From Octopus sinensis (taxonomy: Eukaryota), in the NCBI RefSeq assembly GCF_006345805.1, contig NW_021834772.1:1-26525 (forward strand): a stretch of 26,525 nucleotides of DNA, in the 5' to 3' direction. Positions 11,175 through 21,680 of the stretch are shown one piece after another. The notes below the pieces were generated by a model, which was not told where the DNA came from, made no database searches, and worked only from the letters and a program-made list of their open reading frames with translations. The position numbers were made by a program, and so were the translations under genes. Positions within the stretch are counted from its first letter, which is position 1, and every line of letters begins with the position of its first letter.

Positions 11175-11357
11175 AAAGCACCCAGAACACTCAGTAAAAT
11201 GTTTGGCATTTGTAAGGGCATCTGTCTATAGAAGCCAAACCAAAACTGGCTATGGAATCTGGTGCAGCCCCTGGCCTTGCTAACTCCTGCCAAGCTGTCC
11301 AACTCATGGCAGCATGGAAAACGGATGTTAAGGGATGATGATGATGTTGATGATGAC
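11175..11357 (+). mobile_element. RTE-type LINE 3' tail fragment with (GAT)n tail
   Basis: CATGGCAGCATGGAAAACGGATGTTAAGGGATGATGATG matches the family tail. Confidence 0.75.
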
Positions 11358-11733
11358 TTGCCAACAAGGGAACCTCTATGCATTCAGCTATTATCATTCA
11401 GAAATAGCAAGGTAGATCTTTTAAATCATACCCTACAGACTTAGAAAAAAAGACACACATCAGATAAGGTAATACTAGTTATATGTTAGAAAAAAAAAAA
11501 AAAAAAGTGAGACAGGTTGGTCATAGTTGGAATGCTTTTGATGAGGTCTTGTGTAATAATCAAATATGACATAAAGCAAAAATATGTGTTATATATAACA
11601 TATTCAAGTGAATTATGAGAAATGGTAATTTGTGATAAATGAAGTTGTTTGAGCAGACACAACATCAAATGTTTTTGAAAGAACAAAGAGCTGACTGAAT
11701 GATTCCCAATATATCATAGAATATTGGTAATTA

Positions 11734-11950
11734 AGATGGCAAGCTGGCAGAATCATTAGCACACTGGACAAAATGCTTAGTAGCATTATATCTGTCCTTA
11801 CATTCTGGGTTCAAATTCCAGAGGTTTACTTGGCCTTCATCCTTTCAGGATTGATAAAATAAATACCAGTCATGTACTGGGGTGATGTAATTGACTTACC
11901 CACTCCTCTGAAATTGCTGGCCTTGTGTCAAATTTTAAAACCAAAATATT
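11734..11950 (+). mobile_element. SINE family B (tRNA-like head, Nin/Deu-like central domain), tail type 1
   Basis: GGCAAGCTGGCAGAA head, GGTTCAAATTCC B box, GCCTTCATCCTTTCAGGATTGATAAAATAAATACCAG domain; TSD-like ATTGGTAATTA/ACTGGTAATTA. Confidence 0.8.
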
Positions 11951-12114
11951 ACTGGTAATTATTTTAGTTTTGTATCTCACGGAAAAATAGAATTAAAGCA
12001 ATCCTTTGTAAAACAGCATGCATGAAAAGATGTAAAACTAAGTACACTAAAATTTGTTCATATTCAGTCCCTCTCAGCTTGTAGGCTCTTATTTGCTAGT
12101 TCCACATAAAAGCA

Positions 12115-12372
12115 ACTGTGCTGGTGCCACATGAAAGTGCCCATACTGGTGCCATGTACAAGTTTCTGTGCTGGCAATAGTCTGTAAAGTGGTTGGTGTT
12201 ATGAAGGGCATCCAGTCATTAAAAACCCTACCAAAATAGACACAGAAGTTTGGTGCAGGTTTTTCCTTGACCGGCTCCTGTCAAACCATCCTGTACATGC
12301 CAGAATAAAAGGCAGATGTTAAACAATGATGTTAATCATCATAATCATGATAATCATGATGATGATGATGAT
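12115..12372 (+). mobile_element. RTE-type LINE 3' tail fragment with (GAT)n tail
   Basis: GTGGTTGGTGTTATGAAGGGCATCCAG...GTTAAACAATGATG tail. Confidence 0.7.
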
Positions 12373-12389
12373 TTATATATGTATATATG

Positions 12390-12708
12390 TGTGCTGGCGC
12401 CACATAGAATGTATTAGTGCTGGTACCACATTAAAAGCACTGGTTCTGGTGTCTCGTTAAAAACACTCATGCTGGTCCCACATTAAAAGCACTGATGCTT
12501 GTGCCACCTAAAAAGCACTGGTAATAGTGCCATGTTAAAAGCGCCTAGTACATACTGTAAAGTGGTTGATGTTAAAAAGGGCATCTGGTCACAGAAACCA
12601 TGCCAAAAACATCTGGTCACAGAAACCATGCTCTCCAACTGGCCCGCTCCTGTTAAATTGTCCAACCCATGTCAACATGGAGAATGAATGTTAAATGATG
12701 ATGATGAA
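12390..12708 (+). mobile_element. RTE-type LINE 3' tail fragment with about six ~25-bp tandem units
   Basis: Repeated GTGCTGGTGCCACATTAAAAGCAC-like units, then the family tail; 28-bp tandem duplication near 12582-12631. Confidence 0.7.
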
Positions 12709-12784
12709 GAATTGGTAACTATTTTATACTTTGTAGTGTCTTGAATCCAAAGACTCATAATGCTGGAACTTAATTCAGTTTCCA

Positions 12785-13012
12785 TGGCATATAAGTGACT
12801 GAGATTACAACAATCTCCCTGAATGAGATACCAGTCCCTCATAGACTTAACTTCCCAGTTATTGCTAGAACTCATTTATAGCTGTGCAGACTTCAGCAAC
12901 ATAAAAATGAAGTACTTTTACTGAAGAACACAATGCACTGTCTAATCCAGGGTATGAAACCACAGTCTTATGATCATGAGTGTCACACACCCATCCACTA
13001 GGCCACATGCCT
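12785..13012 (-). mobile_element. Old tRNA/CORE-type SINE
   Basis: Minus strand GGCATGTGGCCTAGTGG A box, GGTTTCATACCC B-box remnant, GTGTTCTTCAGTAAAAGTACTTCATTT CORE-like segment. Confidence 0.6.
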
Positions 13013-13070
13013 TTACAGCCAACAACATTGACCTTCATTAACCAATTAACCTTCATTACCAATTGTTCTC

Positions 13071-13071
13071 G

Positions 13072-13124
<53 letters not shown>

Positions 13125-13334
13125 TTAAGTGTCTGTGTTTGTCCCCCAACATCGCGTGACAACCGATGCTGGTGTGTTTACGTCGCCGTAACTTAGCGGT
13201 TTGGCAAAAGAGACTGATAGAATAAGTACTAGGCTCACAAAGAATAAGTCCTGGGGTCGATTTGCTCGACTAAAGGTGGTGCTCCAGCATGGCCACAGTC
13301 AAATGACTTAAAGAAGTAAAGAGTAAAGAGAGTA
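13071..13334 (+). mobile_element. SINE family A, 3' half beginning at its internal (TA)n(TG)n tract
   Basis: High similarity to 2175-2421; (GTAAAGA)n tail. Confidence 0.85.
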
Positions 13335-14065
13335 TTAAATAACTACACTACTCTACATTATTTAATAACCTACTGTCTACTAGGCCATATGCCTTTACAG
13401 CCAACTATATTGACCTTCATTAACCAATTGTTCTTCAGCATTAAATAACTACACTGTTCTACATTATTTAAATAACCTACTGTACAGTCTGTGCAGTCCT
13501 TCAGTTTCCAATACTTAACCAGGTGAAGTCTTCTATATCAAATAACCAAGTAGCATGACTATACTTTCCAGTTATTATTCAATAAGCAGCTCACAGATGT
13601 TCTGTATGTTCCAAGTACTAATTTGTACTGACCCTTACCATTCAATGACTAATTGCTTTGTCATTCACTGTTCAATTATATATTTGCACTGTCCTTTTAT
13701 ATTCAACGATGACCTTTATGGTCATTCTCCTTATATATTCAATGATGACCTTTATGGCCATTCAATAACTAACTGTACTGGTCTTCAATATGGTGGTAAC
13801 CTCCAATGACCACCATTAACTGTCCTTCCATATTTACAAAGCAACTACACTGTGGTTTAGTATATGCAATAACTGATATGATTTTTAATAACTAAATGAT
13901 TAATATACAGTAAATGACTATACTATCATTGAATATTAATAACCAATTGTACTCACCTTTGTTATTCAACTACACTGTCCTTCAAAATTGAATAACTACC
14001 TTATACTTGTTATTTACATTATTTACATTTGACAGATATTTGTCCTCATTTTGTTTGTTGTTAGC

Positions 14066-14106
14066 ACACAATTTCGGCTGATATACCCTCCAGCCTTCAT
14101 CAGGTG
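14066..14106 (-). ncRNA. Minimal type I hammerhead ribozyme motif (left arm, mutated near the cleavage triplet)
   Basis: Minus strand CAC-CTGATGA-A-GGCTG-gagggtatat-CAGCC-GAAA-TTGTGTG. Confidence 0.6.
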
Positions 14107-14324
14107 ACTTGGGGAAATTTCAAACCTGGGTTCTCATTCCTAAGGTATTTTTTGATGTTATTATTAAATGGCATAGTGGTTGAGAGTGCGGGCTACTAAC
14201 CCCAAGATTCTGAGTTCAATTCCAGGCAGTGTCATGAATAATAATAATAATAATAACAACAACAACAACAATAACATTGAAAAATACCTTAGGCAGGAGA
14301 ACCCAGGTTCGAAATTTCCCCAAT

Positions 14325-14368
14325 ACACCTGATGAAGGCTGGAGGGTATATCAGCTGAAATGTTGTGT
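14325..14368 (+). ncRNA. Minimal type I hammerhead ribozyme motif (right arm)
   Basis: ACAC-CTGATGA-A-GGCTG-gagggtatat-CAGCT-GAAA-TGTT-GTGT: stem I ACAC/GTGT, canonical CUGAUGA core, stem II, GAAA, GUU triplet. Confidence 0.7.
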
Positions 14369-14940
14369 TAACAACAAACAAGATGAGGACAAATATCTGT
14401 TAAATGTAAATAATGTAAATAATGTACATAATTCCTCATCCCTTAAATATAGAACTCTACTTTATACTGTCCTACAATATTTAGTAACATACTTGCACTG
14501 TCCTTTAATATTTAATAACCTACTTGCATTGTCCTTCAATATTCAATAACCAATTATATTGGCCTTTAATGTTAAATAACCAACCATGCTGCCCTTCACA
14601 GTTTAGTATATTTTCCTTTAATAATCACTGATCATCTTTGGATATTTTTCTATGTTTAATAACCTGCTACACTGTCCAACAAAATTCAATAACCTATTTG
14701 CACTGTTCCTCAGTATTCAATAATTCACTGAGTTATCCTTCATATGTAGTGATGGAACATAATGCCCTTCAGTATTCAATAACGAGCTTCCAGTTTCTTT
14801 TGCAAGTCAATAAATAATTATCCTAACCTACTCTTCAATGGCCACTATACTGTCCTTTACTGTTCAATAGCCAACAGCACTGTCCTTCAGTACTCAATAC
14901 CTCATGATACTCAATAACTTAAATGCTCAATAACTAACTA

Positions 14941-15445
14941 CCGTAAATCCTTGAGTATAATATGCAGGGGATTTTTAGGAGGCTGTACCTCTGAAAAACC
15001 TAAACCTTGTGTATAATACGCACCCTTTCTCTAACTTGAGCTGTGCGTAATTAAGCCAGCAGCACCTAGTCGAACAAACACTTCCCTGCATGCATAATAC
15101 AATAATGGTGATGTTCTTAACTGTTATATGGGAATGTAAATATGTTTGCAAATTGTTTTTGTTATATGTTATTCTGTGTTGTGAATACTTTTATTTTAAG
15201 AAATGTTGCTTACTGCAAGTTATGGATGATGTTTTTGTGACTTCATTGCTTTCAGGCTTAGCTTAAGGTATTTTCGCACCCGACATCACAAAATGCGTCT
15301 GAATAAACATTGCCAGACAGCAAATAGAGACTTGGACATTGCTTAGAAGATATTTTTCAGTTTTAACCTCGTATGTAGTATGCACTAGGGATTTTAACCT
15401 TTAAATTTTGGGAAAAAAATGTGGATTATACTCGAGGATTTACAG
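14941..15445. mobile_element. Tc1/mariner-superfamily MITE (Tc2/pogo-type termini)
   Basis: TA-CCGTAAATCCTTGAGTATAA...TTATACTCGAGGATTTACAG-TA, with subterminal GTATAATACGCAC-like repeats. Confidence 0.85.
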
Positions 15446-16439
15446 TATACCATCCTTTAATACTCAATAACAAACTCTACTGTTCTTCAATATTTAATAA
15501 CCAACATTATTCACTGCTCAATAACCAACTCTACTACCATTTCCCATTTCATTCCCAACAGCATTATCTTTCAATATTCAATGACTAACCACTAACTATA
15601 TTATTCTTTAATATGCATTAAGCAGCCAGCATTTACCTTTATTATTCAACAACCGACAATATTGTCCTTCAAATGCCAATCACCAGCTACGATGCTCTTC
15701 AGTATTCAATGAGAATGTTTACCGACCGAAAGTAATAGAAGAATGTGGATAAAAGAAGAATGCTTAGAAATGTATGAGACTTTGGTGAGACAAATTGGTA
15801 AGGGTTGTCTGCAGGCCTTTTAGGATTGAAATGCTCTTAGGTTGGAATTTACTTATCTTTCTCATGTCAAAAACACCTGGACCATTCTTGTAGAAGGATT
15901 AGTTTTATTTGACTATCACTTCTTCTTGCATTCAAACTTTCAATGTAATACCAATGGAAACAAAAAAAAAAGATTAAAAAATAAAATAAAATATCTTACA
16001 TAGAAATAAAATTGCCAAATTCTACATGTTTTGTTGCTACAACACAAAATGATGCAACTACTAATGAAAAAAAAAAAATCACTAAACAGGTATGGATTCT
16101 AAAAGTGCTGACATTTGCTATCTCAAATTTCAAAGAATAATTTAATATTTAATTAGCTGAATACCAATTGTGTTATATAATAGAATGTTATTAGTGAAGT
16201 TTTGCTTTACTCAGTAACAATATAGAAAGTTTAGTACCTGCAGAAATGTGCATACCCAAGAAATAAGTGTGTATCTTAAATGAAACACAAATGCAGGTGA
16301 GCTAGTTTTTATGAAGTTTCTCTATATGTCTCCATTGAAGTCTAATGTTGGCTCCATAATGACGAAAACACAAATACATGTATACTTTAAGAATTTGAGT
16401 ACAAAGTGGGATAAATGATGAAGTATTAATTGAAAACTA

Positions 16440-16996
16440 TTGGGTTGTCTGGAAAGTTTGTGCCGATTTTTAAAGGAAGAGAAAGGTCAATAAATACTTG
16501 CCATTACATTTTTAATCAACCATATACGAATCATTTTGTTGCACAATGCATCTCCATCTTTCCTTTAACTTGAAAATACCCTCTTCCCAGAATTGAGGTG
16601 GTTTCATGGCAAAGAATTCATCAAGGTATCTTTTTACGTCATCCAAAGAATTGAAATTTTTACCATTAAGACTATTCTACAGAGACCTGAATAAGTGGAA
16701 ATCCGAAGGAGCAATATCTGGTGAATATGGAGGGTGGGGTAAAACATCCCAGCTGAGCTGTAGCAATTTTTGTCTGGTTCCCAAAGCATCAAGTGCCGAA
16801 AATGAACTTTCTTATCTTCTATTTTAAAGGGTTACAGAATTAACACAGGTTATGTTTATACATTCCACGAAAAGATAGCTTAAACTGTGCTCTAAATGGA
16901 GGTGTAGTCAAATCTATTTTATGGACTCAACCATGTTCTAAAATAAGTCGAAAGGTAAGCTACTATAAATCGGCATGAACTTTCCGGACAACCCAA
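16440..16996 (-). mobile_element. Internally deleted mariner (DD34D) element
   Basis: TA-flanked ~30-bp TIRs TTGGGTTGTC(T/C)GGAAAGTT..TGCCGATTT. The minus strand encodes EDKKVHFRHLML joined to LGTRQKLLQLSWDVLPHPPYSPDIAPSDFHLFRSL*NSL...ERWRCIVQQNDSYMVD*. Confidence 0.92.
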
Positions 16997-17073
16997 TAAT
17001 AAAGAAGAGATGTCATGGCCAGTTGCTGTTTGTGTGATGAAAATTTTGACACCACATAACAAATACTAAAAGT

Positions 17074-17278
17074 TTAGTCCTTTAGCATTTAGATTACTGT
17101 GGGAAATTTTATTCTTGTTTATTCACATTGTTTGGGATTAATCATGCATTATCTTGCAACTCTGAGATTTTGATGATATGATTGTAGGTGTGGGAAGCCA
17201 GATTTGTCTAGCTTCAACATAAAAGCAGGTAAAATATTTGGTCTGGATATGGTTGGTTTAAATGCTTAAGTGTTTAAG
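17074..17278. mobile_element. Possible degenerate TTAA-type MITE
   Basis: Imperfect inverted ends TTAGTCCTTTAGCATTTA / TAAATGCTTAAGTGTTTAA. Confidence 0.35.
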
Positions 17279-17328
17279 TGAAGTTAACTGTCTGTGCATA
17301 ATTTTAAATGGCCAATATGTAGCTTATG

Positions 17329-18018
17329 CAAGATGGCAAGCTGGCAGAATTGTTAACACGTCGGGCAAAATGCTTAGCGGTATTTTGTCTGCCATTACGT
17401 TCTGAGTTCAAATTTCACCGAGGTTGAATTTTCCTTTCATCTTTTCATCATCATCATCATTTAACGTCCGTTTTCCATGCTAGCATGGGTTGGACGATTT
17501 GACTGAGGACTGGTCAACCAGATGGCTGTACCAGGCTCCAATCTGATCTGGCAGAGTTTCTACAGCTGGGTGCCCCCCCTAACGCCAACCATACCAAGAG
17601 TGTAGTGGGTGCTTTTACATGCCACTGGCATGAGGGCCAGTCAGGCGGTACTGGCAACAGCCATGTTCAAATGGTGCTTTTTATGTGCCACCTGCACAGG
17701 AGCCAGTCCAGTGGCACTTCGCTTGAATGTTTTTTCGTATGCCACCAGCACAAGTGCTAGTAAGGTGATGCAGGTAACGATCACACATGAATGGTGTTTT
17801 TTACATGTCATCGGCACGGAGGCCAGCTTGTTGCTCTGGCAATGATCATGTTTGCATGATACTCTTAGTGCTCCACTAACACAGATGCCAGTCATCGAAT
17901 TTGATTTCGATAAAATAAGTACCAGTTATGCACTGGGGTCAATGTAATTGACTTAATCCCCTTGCCTGTCCTTGTTTGTCCCTTCTATGTTTAGCCCCCT
18001 GTAGGCAATAAAGAGATG
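17329..18018 (+). mobile_element. SINE family B, tail type 2, interrupted by an RTE tail
   Basis: TSD AATATGTAGCTTATG (17314-17328) / AATATGTAACTTATG (18019-18033). Head at 17329-17444, resuming at TCGATAAAATAAGTACCAG (~17907). Confidence 0.85.
17445..17906 (-). mobile_element. RTE-type LINE 3' UTR fragment with (GAT)n tail and about five 55-68 bp diverged units
   Basis: (TCA)n TTTAACGTCCGTTTTCCATGCTAGCATGGGTTGGACG is the reverse complement of the 24002-24685 tail. Confidence 0.85.
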
Positions 18019-18106
18019 AATATGTAACTTATGGGCCGTAATTATTTTAGCTCCAACACATGGCCTCAGATGAAAATCTTTTGCCTGGCAAACACTTCTC
18101 TGAAAT

Positions 18107-18305
18107 TTTGGCACAAGGCTAGCAATTTTAGAGTGAGGGCTAAGTCAATGAGATTGACCCCAGTACTTAACTGGTACTTATTTTATCAACCCCCAACAAG
18201 ATGAAAGGCTTAGGTGATCCCAGTGAAATTTGAATTCAGTAATGTAAAGATGGATGAAATGTCCCTTAGTACTTTACCTGGTATACTAACGATTCTGCTA
18301 GCTTG
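18107..18305 (-). mobile_element. SINE family B, tail type 1
   Basis: 12-bp TSD CTTCTCTGAAAT at 18095-18106 and 18306-18317. Confidence 0.8.
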
Positions 18306-19231
18306 CTTCTCTGAAATAAGAAAAAAGAACTAACCTGGGAATAATAATAATGCTAAAGAGAATGTTTAGGTTAACTAAAAGTTACTAAAAATATCGCCAT
18401 TCGTATGTAGAGTCAGAAGACAAAGCAAAATTAAATAATAAATGGGACAAACGTACAGATTCTCTTATGTTTAGTAAAAGTAGATTAGGTCAATCTCTGT
18501 AACAAGTTAGAATATGACATCCACTCACACCATAATAACATCAATGTATAAAGAAGAGAAAGAAGAAAAATATCTCCGTTAATAATATGACAGCTGTGAT
18601 TGAGGGAAGGCTATTTATGATGACAAACCTTGACATACAACAACAACAACAACAACAAAACAGCAACAAAATTCAAAGCAAATCAAAAAATGTATCTCGT
18701 CTACAAAGTCTAATAAGTAACATGTGGAAAAAAAAATTATAAAATAAATCATATATATAACAACTGGACAGTCAGGCAATTCTCAAAGAAATATATTCTA
18801 GTCACAGCCAATATTGATTAGCTTTCAATCATATATTGACTTTATTGGTCTATCAAGTGGACACGAGTTTGTATTTTCCTTTTATTGTAAGTCTGACTGT
18901 TGTAGACACAGTAAACTTTTGATTTTTGTAAAAGATAGAGTCGTGATTCAATATTATGGCTGCTCTGGGAGCTACTGATTTCAGATCATTACCAACATTC
19001 AATGCTATGGTTGCTATGGAAGCTGAAGAATGCAGATTATTGTACATATTTTATACTGTAGGCATTATAGAATCTACAGACCACAGTACAAATGTTCAAT
19101 AACATGGTTATTATGAAAGATACAAATTTAAGATTATTGTACATATTCTATTGATTCCTATATTCTTTTATTCCTTTTATGTTTTCAGTGTGTTTGCGGC
19201 TATGTTGCTTTTATATTTTGTTCTATCCAAT

Positions 19232-19357
19232 GTGAAAGCACATGGCCTAGTGGTTAGAGTGTTGCACTCATGATCTGATGATCATGGGGTCAGTTCCTGG
19301 ACTGAGAATCACATTGTGTTCTGAAGGAAAACACTTCATTTTATATTGCTCTAGTGC
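19232..19357 (+). mobile_element. Old tRNA/CORE-type SINE head
   Basis: TGGCCTAGTGGTTAGAG A box, GGTCAGTTCC B-box remnant, GTGTTCTGAAGGAAAACACTTCATTT. Confidence 0.6.
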
Positions 19358-19540
19358 AGTGTGAGGACTGGCATGTCAAAAACTAGACCCAAAATTTCCT
19401 TTGTGTAATTTAAAAGTTGACTAAAAGATGTTGGGGTAGGATTTGCACTCCGATTTCCTAAAATCCTCACCAGCAATGATTACCCAAACAGACCCATGGG
19501 TTAGAGAGTTGTTGCCTGAGGAGTTGCCAGGAGTAGTAGG

Positions 19541-19868
19541 TAGGAGCATTCTGTTGGTTATGACGACGAGGGTTCCAGCTGATACGATCAATGGAACAGC
19601 CTGCTCATGTGGTTAACATGCAAGTGACTGAGCAATCCACAGACACGCATACCCCTAACGTAGTTCTCAGAGAGATTCAGCATGATACAGAGTGTGACAA
19701 GGCCGGCCCTTTGAAATACAGGTACAACTCATTTTTGCCAGGTGAGTGGACTGGAGCAACGTGAAATAAAGTGTCTTGCTCAAGGACACAATGAGTCACC
19801 GGGAATTGAACTCACGACCTTACAATCGTGAGTTGAATACCCTAACCGCTAAGTCACGCACCTTCTCA
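19541..19868 (-). mobile_element. tRNA/CORE-type SINE family C, full length
   Basis: Perfect 16-bp TSD TGCCAGGAGTAGTAGG (19525-19540, 19869-19884). Minus strand A box TGACTTAGCGG, B box GAGTTCAATTCC, CORE-like GTCCTTGAGCAAGACACTTTATTTC. Confidence 0.9.
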
Positions 19869-20136
19869 TGCCAGGAGTAGTAGGGAATCCCTAACAGACA
19901 AGGAATGTAGTGATGCACTGTTCCAGTGCATATCCCCATATTATTACAATTACTGTCCATGCTGGAGCAGGAAATTCTTGTTAATTATTTACACAATCCT
20001 CCTCCCATTTACAATATATATTTTATTGAAAGCAAAACAAAAATAATAAAATAAAAGGTATCTTATTTTATAGACCCCAAAGGGCTCAAAGGCAAAGTGA
20101 ACCTCAGCAGGATTTGAACTCAATACTAAAAAGATA

Positions 20137-20543
20137 AGTGTAAGAGTGGCTGTGTGGTAAGTTGCTTACTTACCAACCACATGGTTCTAGGTTCAGTCCC
20201 ACTGTATGACACCTTGGGCAAGTGTCTTCTACTATAGCTTCGGGCTGACCAAAGCCTTGTGAGTGGATTTGATAGATGGAAACTGAAAGAAGCCCATCAT
20301 ATATATGTATGTATTATGTGTATGTATGTGGTTGTGTGTCTATGTTTGTCCCCCCGACATCACTTGACAGCCGATGCTGGTATGTTTATGTCATCGTAAC
20401 TTAGCAGTTTGGCAAAAGAGATCGATAGAATAAGTACTAGGTTTACAAAGAATAAGTCCTGGGGTCGATTTGTTTGACTAAAGGCGGTGCTCCAGTTATG
20501 GCCACAGCCAAATGACTGAAATAATCAAAAGAGAAAAAGAGTA
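20137..20543 (+). mobile_element. SINE family A, full length
   Basis: Colinear with 2012-2421. Confidence 0.9.
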
Positions 20544-20819
20544 ACTAAATGCTGCAAATTATTTTATTTGAAGCTCAATCAATTCTAAAATATACCCAAC
20601 CTGGTACATTGCCTTATAACCTGTGACCAATTAAAATGGACATGCCAATTATGCTACTAATAATTTAAATGTGATGAGTATCTCAATCAATACATAGTGT
20701 TCAGACTAAATATGGCAGTATGTATAAAAGGAAAAAATCACACAATATTCCTTCTAAAAAGGAAAGTGTTTTTAGAAATCAAAAAATATCAACTTGGTTA
20801 TGGTAGGGAGATAACAGTT

Positions 20820-21426
20820 TACTGAGAGTAGCTGCACTCAGCTTCCACCATGGCCTCATGATGGCTCAAAAACCTAGCTTATGCATTCCTCACTGTGTTC
20901 TTGGGGAGATCTTTGAACACTTCTTTGATCTTGGCCAGCAGCTCAGCTTTTATATGGCAAACAGAGCAGTTGGTATCATTCATAGAAATCCATAAGATTA
21001 CAAATGGGGTGAATTACGAAGACAAAAATTAGCATTGGTGAAGTCATAGAAAATCTCCAAACACCACTTGTAACTCTTCCTGGAGGTATGGCAAGAAGAC
21101 AAATCCTGTTGCCACACATATAACTTTCCAGCAGCAATCCTCTCCAGTGAGAAATTGACAAAAGTCTCCAGAGGCTTCACACAGCTGTCTAAATTGAGCT
21201 TAGGGCTCTGTAAGATGGTATGATATCACCCTTGCTGAAGACTCTCACAAGAACCATTACAGTTTGGGGTAGTTTGGCTTACATGATGTCCAAGTCATGT
21301 TTACCAGCCTTTACAGTATTCACAAAAAATTGAGCAGCAGTCATGATGTCAGAATTTTGATACCTGGTACAAAACATCATGATACAAGTGACACTTCCAA
21401 TATTTAGATGGTTTCCACTTGGTCAT
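20820..21426 (-). pseudogene. Decayed DD37D (maT-type) Tc1/mariner-superfamily transposase
   Basis: YVWQQDLSSCHTSRKSYKW...NSP(fs)CNLMDF gives 37 residues between the 2nd and 3rd Asp, followed by KAELLAKIKEVFKDLPKNTVRNA. Contains frameshifts and deletions; TIRs not identified. Confidence 0.75.
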
Positions 21427-21564
21427 GTCAGCTAACTTTTTTTCAACTTCAACTTTAATCTTTATACACTCCAACACCTTTGACATTTTACCAATATATC
21501 AAGCTATTCTTGAAAAAATATGACATAAATACATCGTCAACTTTAGTCTGAATATCCAGTATAA

Positions 21565-21680
21565 TGGTTTCAAATTTTAGCACAAGGCCAGCAATTCAGG
21601 GGGAGAGTTTAAGACGATTATATTGCCCCGCAATGTTCAACTGGTACTTGTTATATCAACTCTGAAAGACTGAAAGGGCT
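21565..21680 (-). mobile_element. SINE family B fragment, tail type 1
   Basis: TGGTTTCAAATTTTAGCACAAGGCCAGCAATT...CTGGTACTTGTTATATCAAC. Confidence 0.7.

Larger units (their letters stand above)
14008..14456 (+). mobile_element. Non-autonomous element: inverted hammerhead-bearing arm + tRNA-like head + (AAT/AAC)n + hammerhead-bearing arm (Penelope-like pseudo-LTR architecture)
   Basis: 14011-14166 is the reverse complement of ~14265-14422. A box TGGCATAGTGG at 14169-14179, B box GAGTTCAATTCC at 14212-14223. TSD-like CTACCTTATACT (13996-14007) / CTACTTTATACT (14457-14468). Confidence 0.75.
13335..15710 (+). repeat. Degenerate ~30-bp minisatellite (approximately CTACACTGTCCTTCAATATTCAATAACCAA), interrupted by two insertions
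   Basis: Recurring ACTGTCCTT..TATT(C/T)AATAAC at ~30-nt spacing, clearest at 14465-14600. Confidence 0.75.

Noticed and set aside
12390-12545. CRISPR-like look of repeated GTGC..AAAAGCAC motifs (also 17600-17890 and 24220-24520)
   Set aside because: Eukaryotic context, degenerate repeats, intervening segments related to each other, no cas genes; this is a tandem array in a LINE 3' UTR.
14168-14232. Functional tRNA gene
   Set aside because: No acceptor stem and a weak anticodon stem; treated as a SINE-type head. The same applies to the other A/B-box heads.
18853-19103. 64-aa minus ORF and overlapping ~48-aa plus ORF in unique sequence
   Set aside because: No recognisable motif and no convincing splice signals.
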